This document shows, piece by piece, positions 52,544 to 63,657 of a stretch of 64,000 nucleotides of DNA. The stretch spans positions 2,738,633 to 2,802,632 of the forward strand of contig BQFW01000015.1 in the NCBI GenBank assembly GCA_020891255.1. Direction: 5' to 3'. How positions within the stretch are numbered: position 1 is the stretch's first letter; every line of letters begins with the position of its first letter. Under the pieces are notes generated by a model. The model did not search any database. It was not told the DNA's origin and saw only the letters and a program-made list of their open reading frames with translations. A program made the position numbers and the translations under genes. This DNA is from Entomortierella parvispora E1425 (Eukaryota > Fungi > Mortierellomycota).

Positions 52544-53014
52544 ATGTTCAAGTCATACATCCTCCTTGTAGCCGCTCTTTGCGCCTCCGTCGTCTTGGCT
52601 GCTCCCATCACAGGCAACCGTGCCACCTCCGCTTCCGCTTTGAGCAAGCGTGGTAACCGCCATCACCGCAATAACAACAGCAATGACAATTCCGATGAGA
52701 CCTTCCATGGTCGTGGAACCTGGTTCTCTGACGACTCTGGTTCCTGCGATATTGACTTCGATCAAGATGATATGATTGTCGCCATGAACGAGGAGCAGAT
52801 GGGTGCTCTCCAGGGCCCTAGCTCCCAGTGCGGCAGGATGGTCCGCGTTCACTACGGAGGCAAGTCTGTTGACCTCAAGGTCGTCGATACCTGCCCCTCT
52901 CAGTACTGCGACGAGGGCGCTCTTGACCTTTCCCAGAAGGCCTTCAAGATGCTTGCTGGCGGTCTCTCCAAGGGTGTTATTTCTCTTGACTGGGAGTTCA
53001 TCGAGAAGCAATAA
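52544..53014 (+). CDS. Secreted RlpA-like double-psi beta-barrel (expansin/loosenin-like) protein, intronless
   Basis: Signal peptide MFKSYILLVAALCASVVLA, GRGTWF...GSC, IVAMN, CGRMVRV, VVDTCPS..C...LDLS..AF and GVISLDWEF. Confidence 0.88.
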   Translation: MFKSYILLVAALCASVVLAAPITGNRATSASALSKRGNRHHRNNNSNDNSDETFHGRGTWFSDDSGSCDIDFDQDDMIVAMNEEQMGALQGPSSQCGRMVRVHYGGKSVDLKVVDTCPSQYCDEGALDLSQKAFKMLAGGLSKGVISLDWEFIEKQ

Positions 53015-54619
53015 TCGCCCTGGACTTGATCGAAGAAGCCGTGCTTCCTCATACCACTCATTGTATTATACTGCATCATATCACAAATAAATTATATGCT
53101 GGGTGCTGGTCACCTGCACACACAGTAGACGCTCGCCATTGACTTTGTGCAAAACTACTAGAGTCTGTGGAATACCGATGTGAATGTTCCTTGAGCTGAT
53201 TCCAACCATCGATGGATCTCCGTTGTGCTGAGGCCATGCCTCATGACCTCGTTATATAAGACTACAAGAATGACTTATTGCGTCCAAGTACGAGAAATAA
53301 AATGCTCGCATCATTAAGATCCAAGTAAGATACTCTGACCAGGGAGCACCTACGACACCAACAATATACATTGAGATTTGTTGCCAGGAAACGAATGACC
53401 AGTCTTCACTGGTCAAAACCCCGCCGCAGGGGCCACAAAGCAATTATTTGGATATTATTGGAGTCATCCGTTATTCGGAGCTTTCCAACTTTGGCGAGTC
53501 GTTGGGATCAAAGGTGAGCACATCATATCGGAGAGGCCATACTGTCGCACTCTTGCTGGTCATTCAATTGAGCCAAAGCTCTCAAAAATGGTCCCTGCGC
53601 TACGGGTCACAGGGCGATGCAATGATCTCTCTTTGTTGCTGGGAGCATTCTGGGATTTCCCGTCTTGCCGCGCCTGTCGCACATGCACGCTTTCCTTCTT
53701 TTCCTTGTTGATATCCTTTCTCTATTGCGTATCTTCTGCTTTAACCCACTATCTGGCATCGTCCCCGACGTTTTGGTATCGACTAGTACTAGTATCGACA
53801 CATGGGACTGGCTACGTCTTTGAGCCAAAACCCTGCAATTGCCCTTCTGTATCTGTAACTGTTGACGTGGCAATAACAATGCATACGGCTGCTCGTTGAG
53901 GTACCAGTCGTTGAAAGTGTTGCTACATAAGTATTCGTCGTCGCCCTCAACCGTCGCACTTTTTTTTGTTGATCCACAAGGCCCAACATGTCAACTTTTG
54001 ACCATCGCATTTCCAGCACCTCCTCTGATATGAGTATATTTCATGGTATAGCGTTGGCCCATCTTTCCTGGCATTTGAGAACAGCAGCGTTTCTGATGCC
54101 TTCTCGACTTGAATTATGTCTTGCCAGAGAAACTTTCAATCACTCAATCGTCCCCCATAATTGAGTTTTGACGCGTATCAGCTATCCATGGAGCCATCTA
54201 AGTCTCTGCTCCACTACAGGGGGGTACCTCTCATCGCTCTGATGAAACTCTTCCGATGGTGTACACTATGTTTTAAAAAAAAAGAGAGAGATAAAAACAC
54301 TTTGTCGTTGTCATCAAAAATGTTCCCATCCCGCCAGATGAGTTTTTTTTCACTTGAACGTTTGCTGGCCTTTTCAAGTTTTCATCTCTTTTTCTCTCAT
54401 CCTTCTTGCTTGCTGCATTCATACGTGCCTCTTTTTTTCCTCTGTCTCTCTTTACCCCACCCGTCTCCTTCGACTCTACTGCCATTGCAATTGTATCCCT
54501 TGTTAACTCTGATTCACAGGACACGCAGCATTGGCGACACGACAAAAAGAAGGACGTGCCTTCATCCTTTTGACTCTTTTGTTCCTCATATCCCACCCAA
54601 TAATCCTACTCAATTCACC

Positions 54620-55487
54620 ATGTCGTTCCCTCTCCTTTGCATGGGCTTATCAAGTTCCCCGATGTGATCTACATTGCTGGCGGTGCCAGTCAGAACACCG
54701 CCCGAGGTGCCCAGCGCTGTTTGCCTCAAAAGTCCGTTGTGTTTGTTGAAGCAACTGCTGATGACAAGTTCTGCTCCCGCCTTGTCTCTGCCGCCATTGC
54801 TGACGGCCTCACCACTGAGTATGTGACCATTCCTGGCAATCTCCCCGCCGGCACCTGCGCCGCCTTGATTTCTGGCCATGACCGTTCCCTCGTACTGTCT
54901 GCAGCCGAAAAGTTGACAGTTGATCACATCCGTGAGGCAAAGACTTGGAGCCTGGTCAAGGGTGCAGAGATCTATTACGTCGAGAGCTTCTTCCTTAATA
55001 TTACTCCTGAGAGCGTCCTCGAGGTTACCAAGAACGCTGCCGCCGAGATCAAAATCTTTATTCCCCAATCCTTCACCGAGGTCCTCGGTGAAATCTTGCC
55101 CTACTTGGATGTTGTTTTTGGGAACGAGAGTGAGCTGAGGCCTATGCCCTTGCCCACAACTAGGACGTCAAAAATACAGCCGTTTACATAGTAAAGAAGC
55201 CCAAGGCCAACACTCAGCGCGAGCGTCTTGTTGTCTTCACTCAGGTTGCTAACTGCACTATTGTTGCCAAGACTGACGGTACCATTGAGGAATACCCCAT
55301 CATTGCCATCCCTCATACGAAGATTGTTAACTGCAATGGCGCTGGCGATGCTTTTTGCGGTGTTTTTGTTGCCAAACTAGTCCAGGATGCTGACATTGCC
55401 ACTGCTGTTGCCAAGGGTCATTATCTTGCTCACCAGGTCATCCAACAGTCGGGCCCCACTTACCCCCGCAATCTCAACCAGGATTAA
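54620..55487 (+). pseudogene. ADO1: Adenosine kinase (PfkB family) pseudogene
   Basis: Remnant motifs IAGGASQNTARGAQ, GTCAALI..HDRSLV, FGNESE and NCNGAGDAFCG. Lesions: frameshifting deletion near 54646, frameshift near 55134, and an in-frame TAG at 55161-55163. Confidence 0.85.
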
Positions 55488-55529
55488 GAGATGAAGGAAG
55501 CTCGCAAATAGAAGTGATTTACATTACAG

Positions 55530-57835
55530 TGGCAAGGTGCGGTATTTATTTTTTATTGCAAGTCGAGAAAGGCTCAGGTAGCGCTGAATCAGTTAGATCC
55601 TGGAACGCTGAGCGCACTCCAGCTCTTCCATCATCCAACCTCCTAGATGCTTGAGCCTGCTCCGACACTATCTCAAATCCTGCTGCAAAGAGTCCCCTGA
55701 TATTTTTGCTGTCGATTTGCAATGGCGATCTCAAAGATATACTCTTCTACTCTCCGTGGTTCATTGTAAGATACTTATCCTTGAGTGACTTCGGCTGCAG
55801 CTGATACAGTGATTGTCCGCCTCATACAGAGCGAGGAAAGAGCGGCGGCACAATAGCTCCATCGTTCCCGGAATCATGACAGAAATGAACATTCATAATC
55901 TGTCCCAAGCTCATGACTTTGTGCTAGGGGGTCCGTAATATGCTTCCTTACCCAATGATATCTGATTGCGTAGGGACATCTCTTGCAGATGCATCGCGCC
56001 GTTGAAAATGTCTTTTGAGACGATCTTGTCGTAGAGTATCCCTTTCAAGTTTGCTTGTATAATGAACTCCCGATTCCTCCTATGAGCAGCTTCCCGAGAA
56101 CATTTCGCTTGTATGTATCGTTGGTGAAAGTATCCAGAATCCGTCCTTAAAAGAGAGAAAAAAAAAAGGGTCTGCTTCCATAAACATACAACTCATAGAT
56201 CACAGAGTAGCCTGAGTCCTTGTGTCCTCGAATCAGGTCAAACGCAGCCGCTATCAACTCCATGAACCCTTCCTTGTACGGTCAAGATCCCGCCCTCCTT
56301 GATAAAAGCCACTCTGTCCTTGATACGTTGGAATCGGGGGGCAAATGTCTTACGCTTCGACTGGGACGAGTACCGACGAGTTTGGCACAGAGGTTATCGT
56401 GGATGAGTTCCTTGTCAATAGTTTCTCGTTGAGATATATCTGTTGCCAGTTCGATATACAAAGTCGTTGAAGCGCTTCGTCCACGTCATCGAATCGCTGT
56501 TCCAAAGCAAGTCTTCAATGATGGATACGATAGGCTAATAGCGGAACCGGTGGCGCAAATCGCAACAGATCTTTTGACCACATCCTGACAAAGAAGACTA
56601 GCGAGGCGAGCCCTGCTCCAAAGTCCAGCGCTCGATCCTGATCTAGCAGATTTTGCTATTCGTGCATCCAGAAAGTCAACAAAACACCGGATATAGAGTC
56701 ACTAGACCATTCCAGCTCATAGTGGCTCAAGCCCGCCTCTCAAGGTATGGATGCAAATCTTGACGTCGTCCTGCATTGTTGCAATTCCTTGGAATTTGTG
56801 GAGTGAGTTGAACCAGTATGGGCTGAATGGTTCTATGGTCAATGTTGGGAGGTAGTCCACCGGGAGCCTTCCCAGCACTTGAACATCATCCCGAATCAAA
56901 ATAAACTTGGCAGTGCCTGTGGTGCACGATCAAAGGGTCGCCTTAGTGTCTCTTTCATGCAAGTCCACGCACAGGGTTGGTGATATTGAGGTTCCATCCA
57001 CGAATCGGAAGCCGTGAGCCACCAGTCTGACATCCTTGAAAAGGCCCTCAAACACATACAGGAAGGCTGGTGCTGCGCAGGAATGTCCGCCTTCCGCACG
57101 AGAATCTGGTGGATGCGCACTCTGTACTCCAGAATCAAAAACCGCAAATACAGAAGGCCGAATGTCAAATCTCGCACGCGGTCTGTGATTTGTTGTTTGT
57201 TGTTCGCTCAACGGATGTTTGAGGTATCTGACAAGGCACATATAACGGCGCGCATGTCGTTCAATCCGGGATCCTTCTCACCAACTTTGACGTAAAGGCC
57301 ACATGTTTTCGACTGCACCTCAGGACGTTGGTGGGTCCATGGATAGTTGATCAGGACATGGTTGGCGCCACTTATTGGGCTTTTGAATGTGCAGATTTTG
57401 TCAAACCGAAAACAACGGCGATAGAGCCTCTTGAGCCATCACTTGTCCGCGCTTCCCAGCTCCTGAAAATCCTGAGATCCTGCCCGCATGCGATAAGCCC
57501 TGTCCTATGGTGGTCAATGCGACTATTTTGAAGAGATGAGCAAAGCGGTAATGGACGCAGCTGGGAAGGACGCGCGCGATTAACTTACCAGGTACACCTG
57601 GGTATAGAGAAGGGGAAGCGGGGAGACCTTGGAGAGAGATGAGCAGATACTGGAGCATGGACATCGGACTGAGCGCTGCTGTCACGGTTACGTTGACGCA
57701 CTGATACCCAACCATTACGCTTAGAAGCAAGAGTAGTTTGTATGAGCGCACGCACGTACAAGGGTTTTCGCAGCATTAACGAAAAACGCAGACATTACCT
57801 GATGGTGGTCCTTGGGCAATGAAGTCGGTGTGGTC
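55530..57835 (-). pseudogene. Decayed coding region of unrecognised family (protein-like fragments broken by stops and frameshifts)
   Basis: Overlapping short ORFs in shifting frames (56930-57241, 56896-57177, 56717-56899, 55546-55734) with protein-like composition and intron-like signals near the 5' end. No family was recognised. Confidence 0.35.
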
Positions 57836-58734
57836 ATCGAGATTCTCGGGAAACAATCGTCCGTTTGTTCTGCCTGGTCTTCACTTCAAGGGCGTTGATC
57901 ATTTCGATTGAGTCCGGATTGCATCGGGATTGGAGACGCACCAGAGGAAAGGTATGTGTGTTTGAGGTTTGTAAGTCTGTAGATTTTCTTGACCTTGATT
58001 GTATCGTTGAGGTTCCAATTGTAATGGCAGAGTGCATGTCGACAGGGATGGCTTTCCACGAAACAAAGCAGCATGTTGCGCGTGTCTCTGAGATGAAGAA
58101 ACACCGCAAGCGCCGCAAGGGGGAAATTGGAATGAAGGCTCGAGATGAGAAAAGTAGGAGCTAGGACACAGCGTCGAGATGGGAATGGCGTGGAAGAAGG
58201 AGGAAGAAGAGGACGATGTGTGGGTCTCCGATGTATGTTGGAGGGAAAGGGAGAGAGACATCATCAGAAGCATCAGCATGGTGCGAGCTGCTGTCGTTAT
58301 TTCCTACTCTGCAGGGAAATAAAGAGACCATGCCTGCCTGGACCAGCACTTACTTTTTTTTTCGATTTTTTTTTGTGGGTTCAGCATCGACCTTTGTCTT
58401 CCTCGCTCCCTTCCACATCCTTGAATCCCGTTCCATGGACTACCGCGATAGATATCTATAGATCATCCCGCCTTGCTGACTGACTGGAGAACAATAATGA
58501 CGAGATAAGGCCATCGTGGTCACGGTTGACCATGCCCTTGAACTTCCTTCTCCTGATAATTATCCATAGGTCTAGCCTGTTATTAGTACCCTGTTGTTGG
58601 ATCGTCTCTGAAGAACTTCTAGTCCGTTTTTCTCCCTCCCTTACCTTCCCTTGCCATCTCTCAACCCATCCCAACTCATCCCGTATCGTGCACCCCTCCC
58701 AAAGGCCTTTTGTCTCATTTCCTCTTCCACATAT

Positions 58735-58763
58735 GAAACGAAACGAAACGAAACGAAACGAAA
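58735..58763. repeat. (GAAAC)n pentanucleotide microsatellite
   Basis: Read directly from the sequence. Confidence 0.85.
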
Positions 58764-58937
58764 ACCCAAAATCCCATACGTCATAAAGCAAAAGGTCCTC
58801 TCCAACAGTCCCAATGGTATATCTGGATTTCGACCAACATTGCGCATCAGGTGGCAAGCCAGGGATCTCTTCTTTTTTTTTTTTTTCAAACAACAGGATC
58901 AGCCCATTATACTGCGCTAATTCTCCATGCAGAATCT

Positions 58938-59144
58938 TTAATAGCAAATGCACCTGTAGCCTGCAATCATTGGGAAGCAAAAACCCGAAGATTTATGTTC
59001 GTCAACTTGACAGTGTCCAATGCAATCATCAATATAGCCAGGGCATCCATAATCAGCCCATACAGGCTGTACGCTTGTCAGCAAGATGACCAGCGATGAT
59101 GCAAGTGTGAGAGCAACATACTTTCTGGCGCTTGGGATATACAT
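58938..59144 (-). CDS. Secreted CS-alpha-beta (plectasin-type) defensin-like peptide, 68-aa precursor
   Basis: Hydrophobic signal peptide ending ...VQPVWA. Predicted mature peptide DYGCPGYIDDCIGHCQVDEHKSSGFCFPMIAGYRCICY has spacing C-x6-C-x3-C-x10-C-x8-C-x-C with GxC and a terminal CxCY. Confidence 0.8.
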   Translation of the reverse strand: MYIPSARKYVALTLASSLVILLTSVQPVWADYGCPGYIDDCIGHCQVDEHKSSGFCFPMIAGYRCICY

Positions 59145-61939
59145 CTTGAGACAGGAAAGTGTTACGAGACGAGCAAAGTGTGGGCTTGTGCAGTTGAAAG
59201 ATACTTGAGAGGTGTCTCTGGTGCTCTCGAAACGTTTCTAAAAGTACTTGTGTGAGTGCTGTAGGCGCTGTTGCAAGCGACGTGAAAGAGGGTGAAAGAA
59301 ATGATATTAACTAAGTCGAGGGAGAAAACAAATCATCAAGGATGCCAACAAAGACGTGGAGGCAGAAAAAGATGGAAATCTGGGAGGGACAGCGAAAAAA
59401 AAAAATATGGGAATGCAGAACAAAGGGGAGGGATGGCAAAAAAAAAGGGGGGGGGGAATGCCAGATGAAAGAAAAAAGGTAGAGGCAATGAAGATGGATG
59501 GCGAAAAGATCACGGTGCAGCACCCCCATCTTGCGCTCGCAAAATCGCATCCAGCGCCAGATCTATTAAGTGAAGTTTTATCGAAGTAGCGAATAACTAC
59601 AGTACATGAACCATGAGCAGTTAGATGTACCCAGGGGAGTCGGAGGGATCTCACAAAAAGTGGACAGAGAAGAATAAAAAAAGTCGGAAGGCCGAGGCGC
59701 GTTTTTTTTTTATCATTTTATTTGCTATGTCAAGCCAAAAAAGTGAAGTTCGAGACCAAACTTCCTACAACCTGAGCAAAACCACATGGTCTGGGGGAAC
59801 AAATGACCCAGGATCCCTGCGCAACAAACGCCACGACTTCTTGCTCTGTAATGAGTAAAATGTTACAAAACATGGTTCTTCCCCATCTCTTCTAGTGTCA
59901 ATAACTGAACCTAGCCACGCACGCACGCTGGTCTGTCAGTTTACTGCTGAGATTGTCTTCGGCGCCGGGGCAAAGGGTAGTCCAATCTGGTACCATAGGA
60001 CTGAAGCACGATTTGATATTTCTCCTCCTGCTGAGGGCCCGTAAAACCATGAGCGAATGTTGAGTGAGTACTTTTCAGAAACGACCGGTAGCTCTTGTAG
60101 TTCAGTAATTTGAAGGATCAGTTGCCTGTTGCTGAGAAAAAAAGAGCTGGATTAAAGCAACTCTGGGACCAAAACTCTAAGGTTGTCTTGAACTTTCTTC
60201 CGGCATGGACATGTAGCAAGAGTTCAAGGTATCCTAGGCTAGAGCAAGAAGTGATATTTCTCCTCATCGAGAGCCCATAGAACCATGACCGGCGGTGAGG
60301 GAATGTTGCGACCTTTCAGAACGACAATAATCAGATCTCGGGAACATCTTATCCGTTATTGTTCCCTTGTTGCACCTCTCTATCGTAGCTTTCATCTTGC
60401 CTGATGAGAGGATAACCTGCTCCGTGTCTTCGTCGTGCATGCCCTTCTCTTCAATCCCTGGATCGCTGAGAGAAGAAGCACAGATACATGTCCAGTGCTG
60501 GGTTCGATTGATGGGTGAGCGCGTAAGAAGAAGTCATGGAGGGAGACCCACAGCATTTGTTCATGGTCGGATTAATGCAGACCCGATTGTCCTTGACTTG
60601 GAACCAAAAAAAAAAAAAAAAAAAAAATCGCGTCCTGACGCGCTGAATCAGTCCTCTCCGCTGAATCACAAGCCATCGCAACTCTCGCTCGTGCCTGCAT
60701 TGGGATGTAGGGCAGCCGCTGGCACCAAAAAAAAAAAAAGTCAGCGACTCTGCACCGTGTTTTTGTTCCTGAACTCTCTTTCTCTTGCCCCTCTCTTCTC
60801 TTCCCTTCCTTCTCGACTGATCGTCCCTGAAACTGGTCTCTTTTTCTCTCCCATTCCCTCTATCTTTCTTTTCCTCCAACCTTCTTGGGCTTGCCATCTC
60901 GTCTTTTCTTCTTGTCTCTTCCATTCCTCTTCTCTCTTCCATTTACAGCATTCGCTCGTGGCCGGACTGAGGGTGCTAACTCGACCTTGGCTTGTTGGAA
61001 ACAAATGCCTTTGAACTCGAGCAGCAGAGGAGACTTCAGAAAAAAAAATCTCGTCGGCCAAATTCCTCATTTTCTGACGGGTTGATCCAGCCCTCTCCCT
61101 GCGCCGTAACAAACGAAGAGACCTGTTGCGCTGCCGACCGTGGCAACCTGTCTCCGCATCAGAGTGGACATGTCCATCTAAGGGAGGAGTAATTCTCGGA
61201 GGAGCAGTTTACTGCTGCTGGCGAGGAAAAAAAAAAACCAAGACCCTGCCCCTTGCTTTTGTTTGTTGTTGCATGGACTGATTATTGTTTCCTTCTCTTT
61301 CTTTCTTCCCTGTTTTTTTCCTCTCTCTTACACTTGTCCGTTTGATCTATCCCCTCTTGGCCTTCAAGCTCTTGATTGTGACAAACCCCGTCTGCATCCC
61401 CACGGGTTGTCCATGACGACCCAAGGAATGAAGACGCTGCTGTTGGCGCCAACAAAAAAAAAAAATAATCAGGGATCCTTTGCGTGGATGAGTCCCCACA
61501 TCTGATCGAACTTTGTTTTTGCACTGTTGCACCGCCAGACGGACGCCATGTCCATGTCCTGGCTTGTTTGTCTCGGATCCGCTGTTGTTCTTGTCCCTCT
61601 CTTCTCTTCCCTTTTGTCCCTCTCTTCTCTTCCCTTTTGTCCGTCTCTTGTTTTCTCTCACGTCCCTCTCTTCCTCCTCTTCTCCTCTTCTCCTCCCTCT
61701 TCTCCCTCCTCTTCTCTTGTCTCTTGTCCCTCCTCTTCTCTTCCTCCTGTCCTCTTCCTCCCAAGACCATTGTTCTTTTGGATGGGGGCAGTGCAGCCTC
61801 CATTTGTCCAAAAAAAAAAAAAAAGGCCGAAGGGGGAGGGAGAAACGGGCGGTTGTTGTTTGTTGGCTGGAGCGTCCCTGGACTTGTGTCTTTTTCTCCG
61901 GTCTGTCTCCCTCCCTTCTCTTGCCATCTCAATCCATCC

Positions 61940-62580
61940 TCCTTGCATCCCTCTCATCTCTTGCATTCACCTCGTCCCCTCCTTCTCGTCCCTTGCATCC
62001 ATCTCGTCCCTTGCATTCCTCTCATCCCTTGCATCCCTCTCATCCCTTGCATCCCTCTCGTCCTTTGCATCCCTCTCGTTCCCTGCATCCCTCTCGTCTC
62101 CTGCAATCATCTCGTCCTCTCCCTCTCGTCCCTTGCATCCCTCTCATCCTTTGCATTCCTCTCGTCCCTGGCATCCATCTCGTCCCTTGCATCCATCTCT
62201 TCCCTTGCATTCATCTCTTCCCTTGCATTCATCTTGTCTCTTGCATTCATCTTGTCTCTTGCATCGTTCGACCTTCTTGTCTCCTGCATTCCACAATTCT
62301 CGCATCCCTCTCTCTTGTCTCCTGCATCCCTCTCTCTCTCTCTCGTCTCGTTTTTTGCATCCCTTTCCTCTCGTCTCTCCCGTCTCGATTCCTGCATCCT
62401 TCCTTTCTCCTCGACTTTCGCATCCTCACCCTGTCCTCCCGTGTCTTGCATCCGTCCTCTTTTTTGGATCTTTCTCCTCTCTTGCATCTCTCGTCTCCTG
62501 CATCTCATTTCCTTTTTGCATCTCTCTTCTCTGTTGCATCTCTCTTCTCTGTTGCATCTCTCTTCTCTGTTGCATCTCAT
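61940..62580. repeat. Subtelomeric degenerate 18-bp minisatellite (consensus CCTTGCATCCCTCTCGTC; variant TCTCTCTTCTCTGTTGCA x3 at 62521-62574) within a pyrimidine-rich tract
   Basis: Read directly. The recurring TTGCAT core is spaced about 18 bp apart. Confidence 0.85.
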
Positions 62581-63646
62581 CTCGTACATCCTTCTCCTCT
62601 CAAGAATCGAACTCACATCTTTCACCTTTTGCAGCCGCCATCTCAACTGACCCAATGAACCAACTCGACTCTTGCATCAAACATGAGCGTGTCTTTTGTG
62701 ACCCTGTCTTTGATTTCGCCCTCTTCTTCTCTTCGTGTTGTCGCAAGCTTGGGCGTTTCCTCGTGCTTTCTCCTTCCTTTCTCACGCGTTGCTCGCTACT
62801 CCTTCCCTTTGTCGTCAACCACAACTTCTTTTACATCTAATCATACGGAGAAAGCTCATTCGTTCTAGCCATGAACCAGAGTGGACATGCGACAAACGGG
62901 AGGCATGCAGGAAACATGAAGTCCTTAATTCAGGGGCGCGCACTTCTCAGGTAAGTCCTCTCTACCATCCTCTACCATCAACTGCTAGATTTCTCTGGCC
63001 CTCAGGCAGAGCATGCAGTAGCGAGGAACGAGACGGTTCCAGGGCAAAGTTACCGCGGTCTCATGTGTTCCTCGTCTCTGCCATCTTGTTCCTACTTTTG
63101 TCTAGCGTGTACAACTTTTAATAAAAAAAACTACGTGACAACTGCACGAGCTGATGTTCTTGTCTACATGCACGATGAGGAGAGTAAACACTGCAGACTT
63201 GGCTCTTTTTCCTTCTCGTACTTCATGAAATGCAGCCACGAATTGTCGTAAGTGGCTAGCTCTCGGCTCCTGTCACCACTTCACTCCTCCATCTTACAGA
63301 TGAATTTTTTTTTTAAAAAAAACGAAATCTAAGAACAGCAATTACGCATCAACTACATTGTCAATCATCGATTTTTCTTTATGAATATAGACCTTTGATG
63401 AATAGGAACCTTCCCATATGAAAATCACCTTGGTCGTCAACGTAGATATCGAGAAATGAGCGTTCGATTTTCAAAAAAAACGAGATTGAAAAATGCAATT
63501 GCTCAAGATCCACCTTATTGATTGACGATGTTTTTGGCCGGGTGGAATACTTGTGAGGGGAGCTATCTAATACACCATATCTTATGTCTCTACGAAGGAA
63601 AAAAAGCACCTTGTTTTTATATCTTCAGAAAAGCAAGGCCGAAGCC

Positions 63647-63657
63647 GGATTCGAACC
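63647..63657 (-). promoter_or_regulatory. Isolated RNA polymerase III B-box (GGTTCGAATCC)
   Basis: Exact match to the tRNA B-box consensus, with an A-box-like TGGCTTAG at 63703-63710 and a T4 run just downstream on the minus strand. No complete cloverleaf forms. Confidence 0.4.

Noticed and set aside
53200-54100. Cys/Arg-rich short minus-strand ORFs that might be a transposon relic
   Set aside because: No transposase or reverse transcriptase motif, terminal repeat or target-site duplication could be identified, so there is too little to support a call.
61484-62840. Three long plus-strand ORFs (388, 381 and 437 aa) rich in Leu/Ser/Pro/Cys
   Set aside because: Stop codons are absent because the strand is almost all pyrimidines and tandem repeats. 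All three frames being open at once indicates a compositional artefact.
61160-62889. 13-nt direct repeat CAGAGTGGACATG at 61160 and 62877 flanking the minisatellite
   Set aside because: The similarity does not extend on either side. It is too short to call an LTR or target-site duplication and may be chance.
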